DNA of 64,000 nucleotides from Candidatus Latescibacterota bacterium (lineage in GTDB: Bacteria; Latescibacterota; CBDEFO01). The stretch's first letter is position 1. Each line of letters opens with the position of its first letter. A program made the translations under genes and the position numbers. The notes beneath the pieces are model-generated. The model was given only the letters and a program-made list of their open reading frames with translations. It did no database searches and was not told where the DNA came from. Positions 31,523 to 41,011 of this stretch are shown one piece after another. Location: the NCBI GenBank assembly GCA_965248755.1, contig OZ252149.1:2624001-2688000 (forward strand). Direction: 5' to 3'.

Positions 31523-33148
31523 CCCCCATTCGCCATATTAGACCCGAAAAATGGTTGTCAAAGTCGCCAGAACATGTTATATTACAATAAATAAGACTCA
31601 TAAATGGCGGATAAATATTGATCATCCAGAGGGTGAAAGAATGAAAGTAGGTTTTGATGGAGGAATAAAGCTTGAATTTCATGGTGCAAAGGTGACATCA
31701 AACGGTGGACTTCTTGCGTATCGTGACCTTGATTACGCACTGGGATTATTTGATTCGGTATCAGCGGTTTTTACCGATAAACGCACAGGCCGTAATATCC
31801 AACATGATATATCTACTCTCCTGCGTCAATCGATATACAGCCGTCTTGCAGGATATGAAGATGTAAATGACGCCGAGCGATTATCCGTTGATCCCGTCAT
31901 GCGAGCGATTACCGGAAAGAAGGACAAAGGCAGGCAAGCTGCCAGCTCCAACACGATAGGACGTTTTGAAACTGATATACTGACTCAGCATGACAATCTC
32001 AGAAACTTGTCAGATATCAATGGCAAGTGGGTTCAAAAAGCGATGAGTAAAACACAGCATCAACGAATCATTCTGGACATGGACAGTTCGGAGAGTCCGG
32101 TACATGGCCAGCAGGAAGGATCAGCTTACAACGGTCATTTCGGATGTACCTGTTTTCATCCAGTGTTCTGCTTCAATCAGTTCGGGGATTGTGAAGGAGT
32201 CCTACTTCGCTCTGGTAATGTTCACAGTGCTGATCGTTGGAAGGAAGTTCTGGAACCGATCGTCAAGAGATACGAGAGCAAGAAGAATAGGAAATACTTT
32301 CGAGGCGATGCTGCATTCGCAAAGCCTGAGATTTATGATTATCTGGAGGGAAACGGCTATTTGTATGCCATTCGGCTTCCCGCAAATGAGATACTCTATG
32401 AAAAGATACGATACCTGCTGACTCGGCCAGTTGGACGACCGCCGAGGAAACCGATTGTATCGTTATATGAATTTCAATATAAAGCGGCCAGTTGGGATCA
32501 ATCGAGGCGAGTGGTCGCCAAGGTTGAATGGCACCAAGGGGAGTTATTCCCAAGAGTGGGATTTATCGTGACCAACATGAGCGCCAAGCCAGAAGGCGTG
32601 GTACACTTCTACAATGGCCGTGGCAGAGCTGAGCAGTGGATTAAGGAGGGCAAGTATGCTCTGAACTGGACCCGACTCTCATGCAAGCGTTTCGTCTCCA
32701 ATCAGGTGAGGCTCTGGCTGTTTGTTCTGGCTTACAACTTGGGCAACTTCCTGCGACGTTTTGTTCTTCCGAAGAAAATCAAACACTGGTCACTACGCAG
32801 CCTCCTCGTGAAATTTATCAAAATCGGAGCGAAGATTGTCAGACACAGCGGATATATTACGTTTCAAATGGCTGAGGTTGGGATAGACAAGAGGTTATTT
32901 GCCGAAATATTATCCCGGATTGAACGATTGCGATGTTATTCTGTTTAAACTGCCACATTTTTTTGTGAGTCGATGGAGAGGTGTCTCTAATTGGAGGATT
33001 TAAACACAAAGAAAGTGATAATTCAGAGGAAAATACTATTTTAATTGAAAAAAGTACTTGTTGAAAAATGTAAAAGTGGTAATATTAATTCAGAAACAAG
33101 AATGTATCGAAATATAATCCCTCATGAATGTGATATGGGGAATGTCGG
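31523..33148 (+). mobile_element. IS1380-family insertion sequence, 1626 bp, 5-bp TSD ATTCG
   Basis: IRL CCCCCATTCGCCATAT vs IRR(rc) CCGACATTCCCCATAT (13/16); ATTCG at 31518-31522 and 33149-33153. Confidence 0.92.
31551..32948 (+). CDS. IS1380-family DDE transposase (true start possibly 31641)
   Basis: LEFHGAKVTSNGGLL, LDMDSS, RGDAAF, YNGRGRAEQWIKEGK. Confidence 0.92.
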   Translation: MVVKVARTCYITINKTHKWRINIDHPEGERMKVGFDGGIKLEFHGAKVTSNGGLLAYRDLDYALGLFDSVSAVFTDKRTGRNIQHDISTLLRQSIYSRLAGYEDVNDAERLSVDPVMRAITGKKDKGRQAASSNTIGRFETDILTQHDNLRNLSDINGKWVQKAMSKTQHQRIILDMDSSESPVHGQQEGSAYNGHFGCTCFHPVFCFNQFGDCEGVLLRSGNVHSADRWKEVLEPIVKRYESKKNRKYFRGDAAFAKPEIYDYLEGNGYLYAIRLPANEILYEKIRYLLTRPVGRPPRKPIVSLYEFQYKAASWDQSRRVVAKVEWHQGELFPRVGFIVTNMSAKPEGVVHFYNGRGRAEQWIKEGKYALNWTRLSCKRFVSNQVRLWLFVLAYNLGNFLRRFVLPKKIKHWSLRSLLVKFIKIGAKIVRHSGYITFQMAEVGIDKRLFAEILSRIERLRCYSV

Positions 33149-34200
33149 ATTCGAGTCCCTCCCAGGTATCCCCTTCATCTAGACTGCGATACGCGACCAC
33201 TCTTTGTTCATCGGAGACATTCTGACAGGATCCCATATAGATAACTTTTTCATTTGCAGACAGCGCTAGGTCACCGCAAGCATTCGGAGGAAAAATCATA
33301 TCTGCCCAAGTTTCACCACTATCCCTACTCCGGCGGACAGGGACACCCGCCTTGAGAGCATAGATAGTACTACCGTCTTTCTTCACAACCATTTTGGTCC
33401 CATAGTTACTTCCGTGGTCAATTGCTGGAATGTACAGACTACGCCAGTTGTTGCCTCCATCATCAGTGCGGAAAACACCTCCCAAGGACGCCTGCGCCAG
33501 TAAGATATCTGGATTGAGGGGACTTATCCAGAGTCCATTGATAGGAACAGATCTCCCTAAGCTCTGGCTAATCTTCACCCAGTGTCTCCCTTTATCTTCA
33601 CTACGAAAGACCCCAGTGCCTAAAGAGGCATAGATCCTTGATGGATCGGAAGGATCAATGACCAGGCTGCGGATCCCCAAGTTCTCCAACCCGTCGTTAA
33701 CATCTTCGGATTGTCCAGTATCTGGATCTATGCGCAAGACCCCCTTATCAAAAGTACCCACATAGATTGGATTCCCCCCAGGGGCGACTGCAATAGCTGT
33801 GACATGACAGTTTACATCGGTAGTATAGAATAGCACCTCTATTGGGCCTGAGATTTGGGCACTGATTCCCGGAGCGATACCCAGGACAAAGAGAGATATC
33901 GCAGCCAGAACTATGGAGGATTTGACTGTTCGTCCGCTCATTTTCTTTCAACACCTCCTTACAAGAACAATGCCATCAACTGCTATACAGGAACTCTTTT
34001 CTGATGTTTGGCTCCCTCCTTTCCTTTGCCTGAAACCATTTCCCCTTCCGGCATGAAAGTTTTTTAAGTTAATAGCAGTAGCTTTTCAGTAAACAAATTA
34101 GGACTACCTATAGCTGTTACGTAGAATTCGTGAAAGACACCGCATAGAAGTCATCAAGTTTTTGGCTTAATCAGGATAATGTTAGTAACTGTATGAGTAT

Positions 34201-34298
34201 AATATACTACAATTCCCAAGCTTTGTAAAGCTTTCTTTGATAACATATCTTAATTATTTTACAGATATTTAGTATTTGTCAACTATTTTACAAATACT
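34201..34298 (-). promoter_or_regulatory. Sigma70 promoter plus AGTATTTGT-N10-ACAAATACT palindrome (module 3) at the island edge
   Basis: TTTACA-17-TATATT (-35 at 34224-34229); palindrome 34271-34298; 34104-34298 near-identical to 26775-26970. Confidence 0.65.
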
Positions 34299-34299
34299 T

Positions 34300-34835
34300 A
34301 TTGCACCACTGGAAGGTCTCCCGTTGGACCCCCCGCCCGATGCCGCTCCACCCACAATAGGCAGCGTGCCGCCATCGCGCTCGATGTGCTGCACTAACTC
34401 GTTGGTCTCAACGCTGAGGACATCCGGGAGTATCATCATAAGCGGATGCGCCTTTTGAGAAGGATCGGCAATGTTGCGGATATCGGCGGCTGGCAGAGCG
34501 GCGTCCCTGGTATCTGGGTTCACAGATACTAGGAACGGTTCGACAGACATGGCGTCCGACCTCACTGCGAGCACGGCGATCCCCGGCTGACGTTCGAACT
34601 CACCCTGGGTCGTCAGCACTCCCATCCCGCTGCACCCGACCAAATTGCGGGCGCCCGTTACCGTGCTGACAGTCGAAAGCATCTCTCCGTAGGCGTTTCG
34701 GTAGTCCGTAGTGGCAAACACAACTGCCCAATCAGCTCTATTCACACCTGCCTGATCCAGGGCGCTCTCTGCAGCGGTGCGGGCGGCAGCCTCCGCTGCC
34801 TCCAATCCCGAATATCCGACCCCTGCGTGTGTCAT
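34300..34835 (-). pseudogene. FIST signal-transduction protein, N-terminal half
   Basis: LVGCSGMGVL..GEFE..PGIAVL, PIVGGAASG, then frameshifted ETFQWCN, then island DNA. Confidence 0.85.
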
Positions 34836-34977
34836 GGCAATCTCAGCCTCAAAGTCGTGCAGTTGAACTTTCTACAAAAGTGCTAACATTCGGTATCGCG
34901 TCTTGGTCCTAAAACCTTCATCCGCACTAAAGTGTAGTAGTGGCAGGTAAGATCAGACAAGCCGCGCCATCCTTTAG

Positions 34978-35691
34978 TCATCCCAGGTTGATGTCGTGCT
35001 CTCGTGCGCGATGAAATCCCTCCAACTGGCTGTTAGCGTTGACAATGGATTCCAACTTCTCAATCAGGGTGTCTACCTGACCTCCGGGCAGGGCAAAGTA
35101 AAGTTCGTCATCCTCCAGCCCGGTATAGACCCGATTGCCGATGCAGCCGAGGCTGGCCACGCTTCGCTCTGTGCGCAGGACCTCAGGGATTGCCGCGCAG
35201 GTCGGGCGCCCCATCATCGCGCCCTCGGCGCCGATCCCTGCGGCGTGTGCTGCCTCTGCAAGAAGCATCACCTGTTTGGCATTGCCGATGACAAGTACCA
35301 CATCCGGCTCTAAGGGCGCATCAGCCAGCGGGGCGTAGATGGCGACGCCGAATCCACCTTCCCGTCGCGGAATTGCTGCCACTTCCTCAGGGCGGAGATA
35401 GTCAAGATCGGCCATCGTCCCTACGAGTCCCTCGAGTTCCTTCTCCTGTGCCGGTGGAAGGTCAATACCGTGCGTGTGCGCGCCGATGGGGCAGTTGAAA
35501 TGGTCCGACGCTTCCGTGTAGAAGATCTGACCCTCGGCTGCGTGCTTCCAGTAAGCGCATCCTGCGGGCGCGGCGGATGAGACCCTGATGACATTTTCCG
35601 GAGGAGTCGCCCGGAATGTCAGCGCGATCGGAGCCATTCTCAGCCCCAGAAGATCCACGAGTTGCTTTGCTGCCTTTATACTATCCATCAC
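34978..35691 (-). CDS. DUF169 family protein
   Basis: GC.YW..A..G..FY, HFNCPIG, PDVVLVIG, RPTCAAIP, SLGCIGNR. Confidence 0.8.
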   Translation of the reverse strand: MMDSIKAAKQLVDLLGLRMAPIALTFRATPPENVIRVSSAAPAGCAYWKHAAEGQIFYTEASDHFNCPIGAHTHGIDLPPAQEKELEGLVGTMADLDYLRPEEVAAIPRREGGFGVAIYAPLADAPLEPDVVLVIGNAKQVMLLAEAAHAAGIGAEGAMMGRPTCAAIPEVLRTERSVASLGCIGNRVYTGLEDDELYFALPGGQVDTLIEKLESIVNANSQLEGFHRAREHDINLG

Positions 35692-35808
35692 GCAATCCTT
35701 CTCCTTTCTTAATTGAAATAGTTCACCTTACTTGCCACAAGTGCTGTGACGCTTGATCGTCAATACGCTCGATGTGGTGATAACGACAGGGGGCGTCCGT
35801 GCTGTGGA

Positions 35809-37221
35809 TCAGAAAGGAGCGACCTGCTCCTCGGTGGGTTCCGCTCAGCAGTACCACGGTTCGGTCAGGTAGGGGATCGGCGCGCGCTGTGGCCACCGGT
35901 CTGCGTACGTTATAGGTCCAGGACTTCTTGCTAGTGACTGCTCAGTCAGATTCCAGATCTGAGAGAATATCTCGCTTCTTCCTTCCCCCTGCGCCGCTGC
36001 CGACTCGACCAGCGCCTGAATTTCCGCCTGCAACTGGTCGACCTGAGGGTCTGGGTGATGCCAGGGATAGATGAGGGCAGCCTCATCAAACGGTCCCACC
36101 ATCTCTCGCACTTCGGAGAGCTCCAGCAGCTTCGAACCGGCGGGGATCAACAGGCGAATTGCAAGCTGGATGGGCGCTACGTGATCGATCAGATCCAACG
36201 CCGCCAGAAGTGACAACAGATCTTGGTAGCCCTCGCCCGAGGTCCAGGGTGTAAAAGTTACGAAGGTCGGGTTTAAGATCAGTCCCTCCTCCCGAAAGAG
36301 GTGGGCGACCCGGACAAAATCGTCCCGGCTGTGACCCTTTTTAAGGAAGGCGAGCACGCGGTTATCAATCGACTCTACAGCGCTTGTGACAAAGAGGCAT
36401 CCGGTCTCTCGCAGCGTAGATAGGTGCTCTCTATACTTGAGGAGATGTTCAATTTTGATGGTCACGTCGTAAGTCAAATGCGGGTGTTCGTGGTGGAGAG
36501 AACGCACCAGGGCCAGGGCATGACCTATGCCGTTGAAAAAATCGGGATCTCCAAACGTGATGTGTTCCGCGCCGGCGACGACCTGTTGCCTGACGTCCTC
36601 CAGCACAACGTCTCTTTGCACGATGCGGAACTTCCCCTCATAGACCGGCACGATGGGGCAATGGCGACACCGATGCTTGCAGCCTCGACTGGCTTCCGTA
36701 TACCCCACTGTTCTGCTGTGACCATTGCCCCGGTTCAAGCGCGCATATTTCGATAATGAAACAAGGCCCCCTCGATCCGGGACTAGAAACTTTTGCTTGG
36801 CCAGCGAGATGAGGGGTTCCGGTTGGGGAACCCCAACATCCCCGTCCGGTCTTGCAGAAAGACGCTGCACCAGACTTACCAATCCCGATTCGTACTCTCC
36901 GCCCAGTATGGTGCCCGCACCGAGAGCGCGCAGGAAGGATTCGTTCATCGGCGCATAGAGACCATAGAAGCACAGATGCGCTGCTGGATTGAGCGCTTTT
37001 ACCTGATCAACGACCCGTGTGGCGATCCGCGTTGCTGTGTGCATCGGCAGATAGAACGCCACCACTTGAGCGGCACAGATCGCCTCCTCGTTCAACTCCT
37101 CTACGGCCAGGTCCAGGCAGGTCACCTGTGCTCCTGCCTGTCGGAGCCAGGCGGCAGGGGAAGCCAGACCAAAGGGCTGCCGACCCAACTCATAAGTGGA
37201 TATCAGCGCGACACGTATCAT
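35809..37221 (-). CDS. CUAEP-tail radical SAM selenoprotein (UGA at 35845-35847 read as Sec)
   Basis: B12-binding-like N-terminus; EASRGCKHRCRHC; C-terminus EPWYC-UGA-AEPTEEQVAPF; SECIS-like hairpin follows. Confidence 0.85.
35815..35831 (-). promoter_or_regulatory. Bacterial SECIS-like hairpin
   Basis: AGGAGC-AGGUC-GCUCCU stem-loop starting 13 nt after the in-frame UGA. Confidence 0.6.
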
Positions 37222-37303
37222 AGACTCATTCTAACTGTCAAGTCAGCAGGACAAGCGCCTCTCCAAATGTTTTTCTGGAGGCAACTTGGATCGTTTCAGG
37301 AAC

Positions 37304-37903
37304 CTACGCCAGTGGAGACTGTCCACCCTCACCTTTTGAGGACTCATAGAAGGGGTTACTGCCGCCGGCATGATCGGTCTTGTCAATGATCTCCCGGATT
37401 TCTGGTACCGCTTCCTTGATCATCACCTCGATGCCCTGTTTCAGGGTCACGTCAACCATTCCACATCCCTGACAGCCGCCGCCGAGGGCTATGTAGGCAA
37501 TATCGTCCTTCACATCAAGGAGCTCGACGCTACCTCCGTGCGACGCCACGGCAGGATTGATCTGATCGTCTATCACGTTCTGGACGGCCGCCGCCCTGGG
37601 ATCTGCCCATAGGGAGTTGGGGTTCTCGATCTTAAAACCACTCTGCTGTGTATCCTCGACATAGTCTATGGTCACGCCTTCGAGGTTCTGTGCGCTTTCA
37701 GGGTCCACGAACACATTGAAACCGTCAACCTCGAGCACGATGTCCTCTGCGCCCTTGTCCTCCTCCTTTTCAAACCTGAGATCGTACTGGAATCCACCGG
37801 GTCCGCGCCCCTTAATGGCCACACGCACCCCTAAACCTTGTTGGTCTTGAGCTTTCAGAAGCTCGAGGATCTTCTTCTTTGATGAATCAGTGATAGTAAG
37901 CAT
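37304..37903 (-). CDS. nfuA: Fe-S carrier NfuA (HesB-like + NifU-C domains)
   Basis: INPAVASHGG, GGGCQGCG, DKTDH..G.NPFY. Confidence 0.88.
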   Translation of the reverse strand: MLTITDSSKKKILELLKAQDQQGLGVRVAIKGRGPGGFQYDLRFEKEEDKGAEDIVLEVDGFNVFVDPESAQNLEGVTIDYVEDTQQSGFKIENPNSLWADPRAAAVQNVIDDQINPAVASHGGSVELLDVKDDIAYIALGGGCQGCGMVDVTLKQGIEVMIKEAVPEIREIIDKTDHAGGSNPFYESSKGEGGQSPLA

Positions 37904-37933
37904 TAGTTCCTCCTTAAAATAAGTAGACAGTGG

Positions 37934-39337
37934 TCAGTAGACAGTAGACAGGGGCACCTCTCCCCGCCCTGCATGCTGTCCACTGTATGATGTATGCTGC
38001 TTCTGCGATGGAGTGATGATCAATGTAAGTCTCCGATGGGCTTCGCGCAGCGCCGCCTCGACGCGCTCCGGGGTCTCGCCGATAGCGAAGATGAATCCCA
38101 GGTACTTCGTCCCTTCCGGCGGCGGGACGACCTCTTGGCCTATGGGAATGGTGAACTTAATCCCTTCGATGCCAGAAACACTTTTGGCCTCCTCCTGGCC
38201 CAGGGCCTCACGTAGGATACCGGCCTCGGGGATTGGGATCATCATTACCCCGGCGGCTCTCCCTTCCCGCTGGAAGGACTCCACTGGATGTCCCAGAGAA
38301 TGTCTCAGGATCAGCTCCTCGAGTGACATGTTGTCACTAAACCGAAGTGTGCCGGAGCAGAGACCTCCCATAGATCGTGGGGCAATCTCAAGCATCCAAG
38401 GTCGAACTCCGACTCCACGCCCCTGACCTCGCTTGATCCCCGACGCCCGATCCAGTCGGGGCTTCAATCGGGGATCGGGGGCCACCCGAAGCTCCGCATG
38501 CACAGGACCCTCTGAAAGTCCAAGTGCAGCGGCTGCCTTCGCCGTGCAGGCTGCGATCTCTTCCTGGAGGGGAATGGGAAGGCGCGAGGGCGTAACGTAA
38601 ATTGTCTCTTCAAAGAACGGTCCATCGAGAGGATCGGGCTTGTCGAACAGCGCCAGAACCTGTAGCTTGCCCTTGGAGAGGAGTCCCTCCAGCGCCACCT
38701 CGAGGCCCGGGATAAAGGTCTCGACCAGGATATGTTGTACTGATTCGCCTCCCTGGGCGGCCACTTCCGGCCGGCGCAAGATTGCGACGAGACGACGAAA
38801 GGCGACGACGAACTGGGCCACATCGTCGGCGCGGATGACACCGCGACTGGCGGAGAGAGACAGCGGCTTGATGACGCACGGGAAGCTAATTTCTTGCGCC
38901 ACATCTTCTGGCTTATCGTCGATAGAAAACCTCTCAAAGCGCGGAGAGAGGATGTCCACCTTTGCCAGGATCTCCCGCATGCGGTACTTGTTTCGGGCGG
39001 CAGAGACCGAGCTCACTGAATTGTGCGACAGTTCCAGCGCTTCCGAGGCTAACGCTGCTAATATTGCACCGTCGTCATCTGTGGATACCACAGCCCGGAT
39101 CGGATATTCTTTGGCAAATTGGACGATGGCTCCCAAGGCCTCCTTCGGATTCAGAAAGTTGAGTGTGAGGTTTCCACCGGGGTTTGCCGCGGATAAGACC
39201 TGAGGGCGGTCAGTCCCGACCACAACGGACACGTCCGCGATAGGATCAATCGGGGACAAGCGGAGCCGCTTTGCCGCCTCGAGGAACGCATTGGCCCGGT
39301 AACTATTAGTTGACATCAAAAGAAGAATGCGATGCAT
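37934..39337 (-). CDS. ATP-grasp ligase family protein
   Basis: NKYRMRE, PCVIKP.SLSASRGV, GPVHAELR, LEIAPR; two repeat-derived insertions. Confidence 0.88.
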   Translation of the reverse strand: MHRILLLMSTNSYRANAFLEAAKRLRLSPIDPIADVSVVVGTDRPQVLSAANPGGNLTLNFLNPKEALGAIVQFAKEYPIRAVVSTDDDGAILAALASEALELSHNSVSSVSAARNKYRMREILAKVDILSPRFERFSIDDKPEDVAQEISFPCVIKPLSLSASRGVIRADDVAQFVVAFRRLVAILRRPEVAAQGGESVQHILVETFIPGLEVALEGLLSKGKLQVLALFDKPDPLDGPFFEETIYVTPSRLPIPLQEEIAACTAKAAAALGLSEGPVHAELRVAPDPRLKPRLDRASGIKRGQGRGVGVRPWMLEIAPRSMGGLCSGTLRFSDNMSLEELILRHSLGHPVESFQREGRAAGVMMIPIPEAGILREALGQEEAKSVSGIEGIKFTIPIGQEVVPPPEGTKYLGFIFAIGETPERVEAALREAHRRLTLIITPSQKQHTSYSGQHAGRGEVPLSTVY

Positions 39338-39637
39338 TCGTCTCCAAGACCCTTCCTGCTTGTAAAGCCCGGTAGATGATCCCCCCAGATAGTCCCGATA
39401 TGTTCAATCAAGGATAGACTTAATCTGGGGTCGAGAAACTTAATCAGGTGGATACTGTAATAACATTAGCAAACTTCTTGATAAAGGGCAAGTAAATCAA
39501 CTCCTTTTTTCTATAAAATCTTCTGCCTGCGGCAAGAGTCCTTATCAGCCGCTGTCAGCCAGCAGCACTGACAGTGTGTCGTATCCATTGGTACAACGAC
39601 CCCCGATTCAATCGGGGACAAGATTTCGGTATTGAAG

Positions 39638-40135
39638 TCACCGTCGGTTCGTTTGATATTCATAAGTCTTACTCTGTAAGTACTTGCCGTCATAGAAGAT
39701 AAGAGGATGACCGTCGCGCAGATCGCCCGTTATGATCTCACCAATGAAGATATCATGGTCACCGCCCGACAGAACTTCAACGACCTGGCAATCCACGAAC
39801 GCCAGCGCTTCGGACAGAATCGGAGAACCGGTCGCGGCCGTCGTCACCGCAAGTCCGGAGAAATCTTTCGGGCCAGGTGTTGCAAACCGGCGTGAAATCT
39901 CTTGTTGATCTTCCATCAGCACATTAACCGCAAAGCATCTGCTCTGCTTCAGGCACTCGTACGTGTGGTTTGTTCGATCCACCGCAACTAAGACCAGCGG
40001 CGGGTCAAGCGACAGGGACGCGACTGCATTGGCTGTCAGCCCGCAGACATGGTCGCCGCAGCGCGTTGTCACCAACGTCACACCCGTTGCAAAGCGGCCC
40101 ATGATCCTCCGCTGCAACAACTCATCAAACGCCAT
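39638..40135 (-). CDS. Flavin reductase-like protein
   Basis: RFATGVT, SLSLDPPLV, GGDHDIFIGE. Confidence 0.92.
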   Translation of the reverse strand: MAFDELLQRRIMGRFATGVTLVTTRCGDHVCGLTANAVASLSLDPPLVLVAVDRTNHTYECLKQSRCFAVNVLMEDQQEISRRFATPGPKDFSGLAVTTAATGSPILSEALAFVDCQVVEVLSGGDHDIFIGEIITGDLRDGHPLIFYDGKYLQSKTYEYQTNRR

Positions 40136-40147
40136 TATTCGTTTCCC

Positions 40148-41011
40148 CTAGTCCCCGATTGAATCTATCGTGGAATAACCCTCCAGCACATCATGACATT
40201 TGTGCTTAATCTTTTGGATAGCTCTGTTTCTAATCTGACGCGCCCTCTCCCTGCTTATACCAAAAGCCGATCCAATTTGCTGCAACGTCATCGGCTCATC
40301 GTAGCCAAGCCCATAGTAAAGACGAACTATCTTAGCCTCCCTATCATTAAGCTTGGATAGACAATTCTCTATTGCCTGTGAAAAATTCTCCTCCTCAACT
40401 TGCCTATCCGTCACAGCATCTTCGTCTGATATTGTGTCCAACAGCGGGTTGTCCTCAAATTCGTCCAGTGCGGCGTCCAAGGATATGTCCGACTGCACGC
40501 ACACCAAAGCTTTATAGACCCGATTAAGACTTATATCGGCACTTTGGGCTATCTCTTCTGGTGATGGCCGCCGACCTAACTTCTGGGTTAAAGGCCCCAC
40601 CCTTTTTGCCATCCTTTCAAGATCGTCAAAGTGACTCATAGGGAGACGAACTATCTTGATCTGCTCAGCGAATGCCTTTAATATAGCCTGTCTGACCCAC
40701 CAAACAGCATATGTTACGAATTTATAGCCTCTGGTCTCATCAAATCTTCTTGCTGCTTCGATAAGCCCGATGTTGCCTTCTGCTATCAAATCGGAAAGAG
40801 AAAGTCCTCTTCCCAGGTAATCCTTTGCAACAGAGACGACAAAGCTTAAATTGGCTGTAACTAACTTATCCCGGGCTTTCCTATCTCCCGTTTTGATCCT
40901 TTCAGCCAGTTTGACTTCCTCTTGTCTTTCAAGAGGTTTGTATGTCCTTATGTCCTTCAGATAAAGGTTTACGGACAGGTCCTCGTTGAAAGAGAATGCC
41001 TTATTCTTCAT
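40148..41011 (-). CDS. Sigma70-family (RpoD/RpoS-like) alternative sigma factor
   Basis: LVTANLSFVVSVAK, DLIAEGNIGL, KFVTYAVWWVRQ, ISRERARQI. Confidence 0.92.
   Translation of the reverse strand: MKNKAFSFNEDLSVNLYLKDIRTYKPLERQEEVKLAERIKTGDRKARDKLVTANLSFVVSVAKDYLGRGLSLSDLIAEGNIGLIEAARRFDETRGYKFVTYAVWWVRQAILKAFAEQIKIVRLPMSHFDDLERMAKRVGPLTQKLGRRPSPEEIAQSADISLNRVYKALVCVQSDISLDAALDEFEDNPLLDTISDEDAVTDRQVEEENFSQAIENCLSKLNDREAKIVRLYYGLGYDEPMTLQQIGSAFGISRERARQIRNRAIQKIKHKCHDVLEGYSTIDSIGD

Larger units (their letters stand above)
31207..33941 (-). pseudogene. BNR beta-propeller with SWGxIK tail, interrupted by IS1380 (paralog of 20363-21487)
   Basis: Removing the IS rejoins WEGLE|YNPIATAE; ends PTSVEARSWGGIKSVFTE. 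Confidence 0.9.
17200..34300. mobile_element. ~17.1 kb island of secreted-protein genes interrupting the FIST gene (no integrase seen)
   Basis: FIST N-half ends ~34300 and C-half resumes ~17199; AT-rich intergenic DNA; internal duplications. Confidence 0.7.

Noticed and set aside
37922..37950. CAGTAGA heptamer repeats (also ~51730, ~54003)
   Set aside because: Short low-copy simple repeats at gene ends; no function supportable
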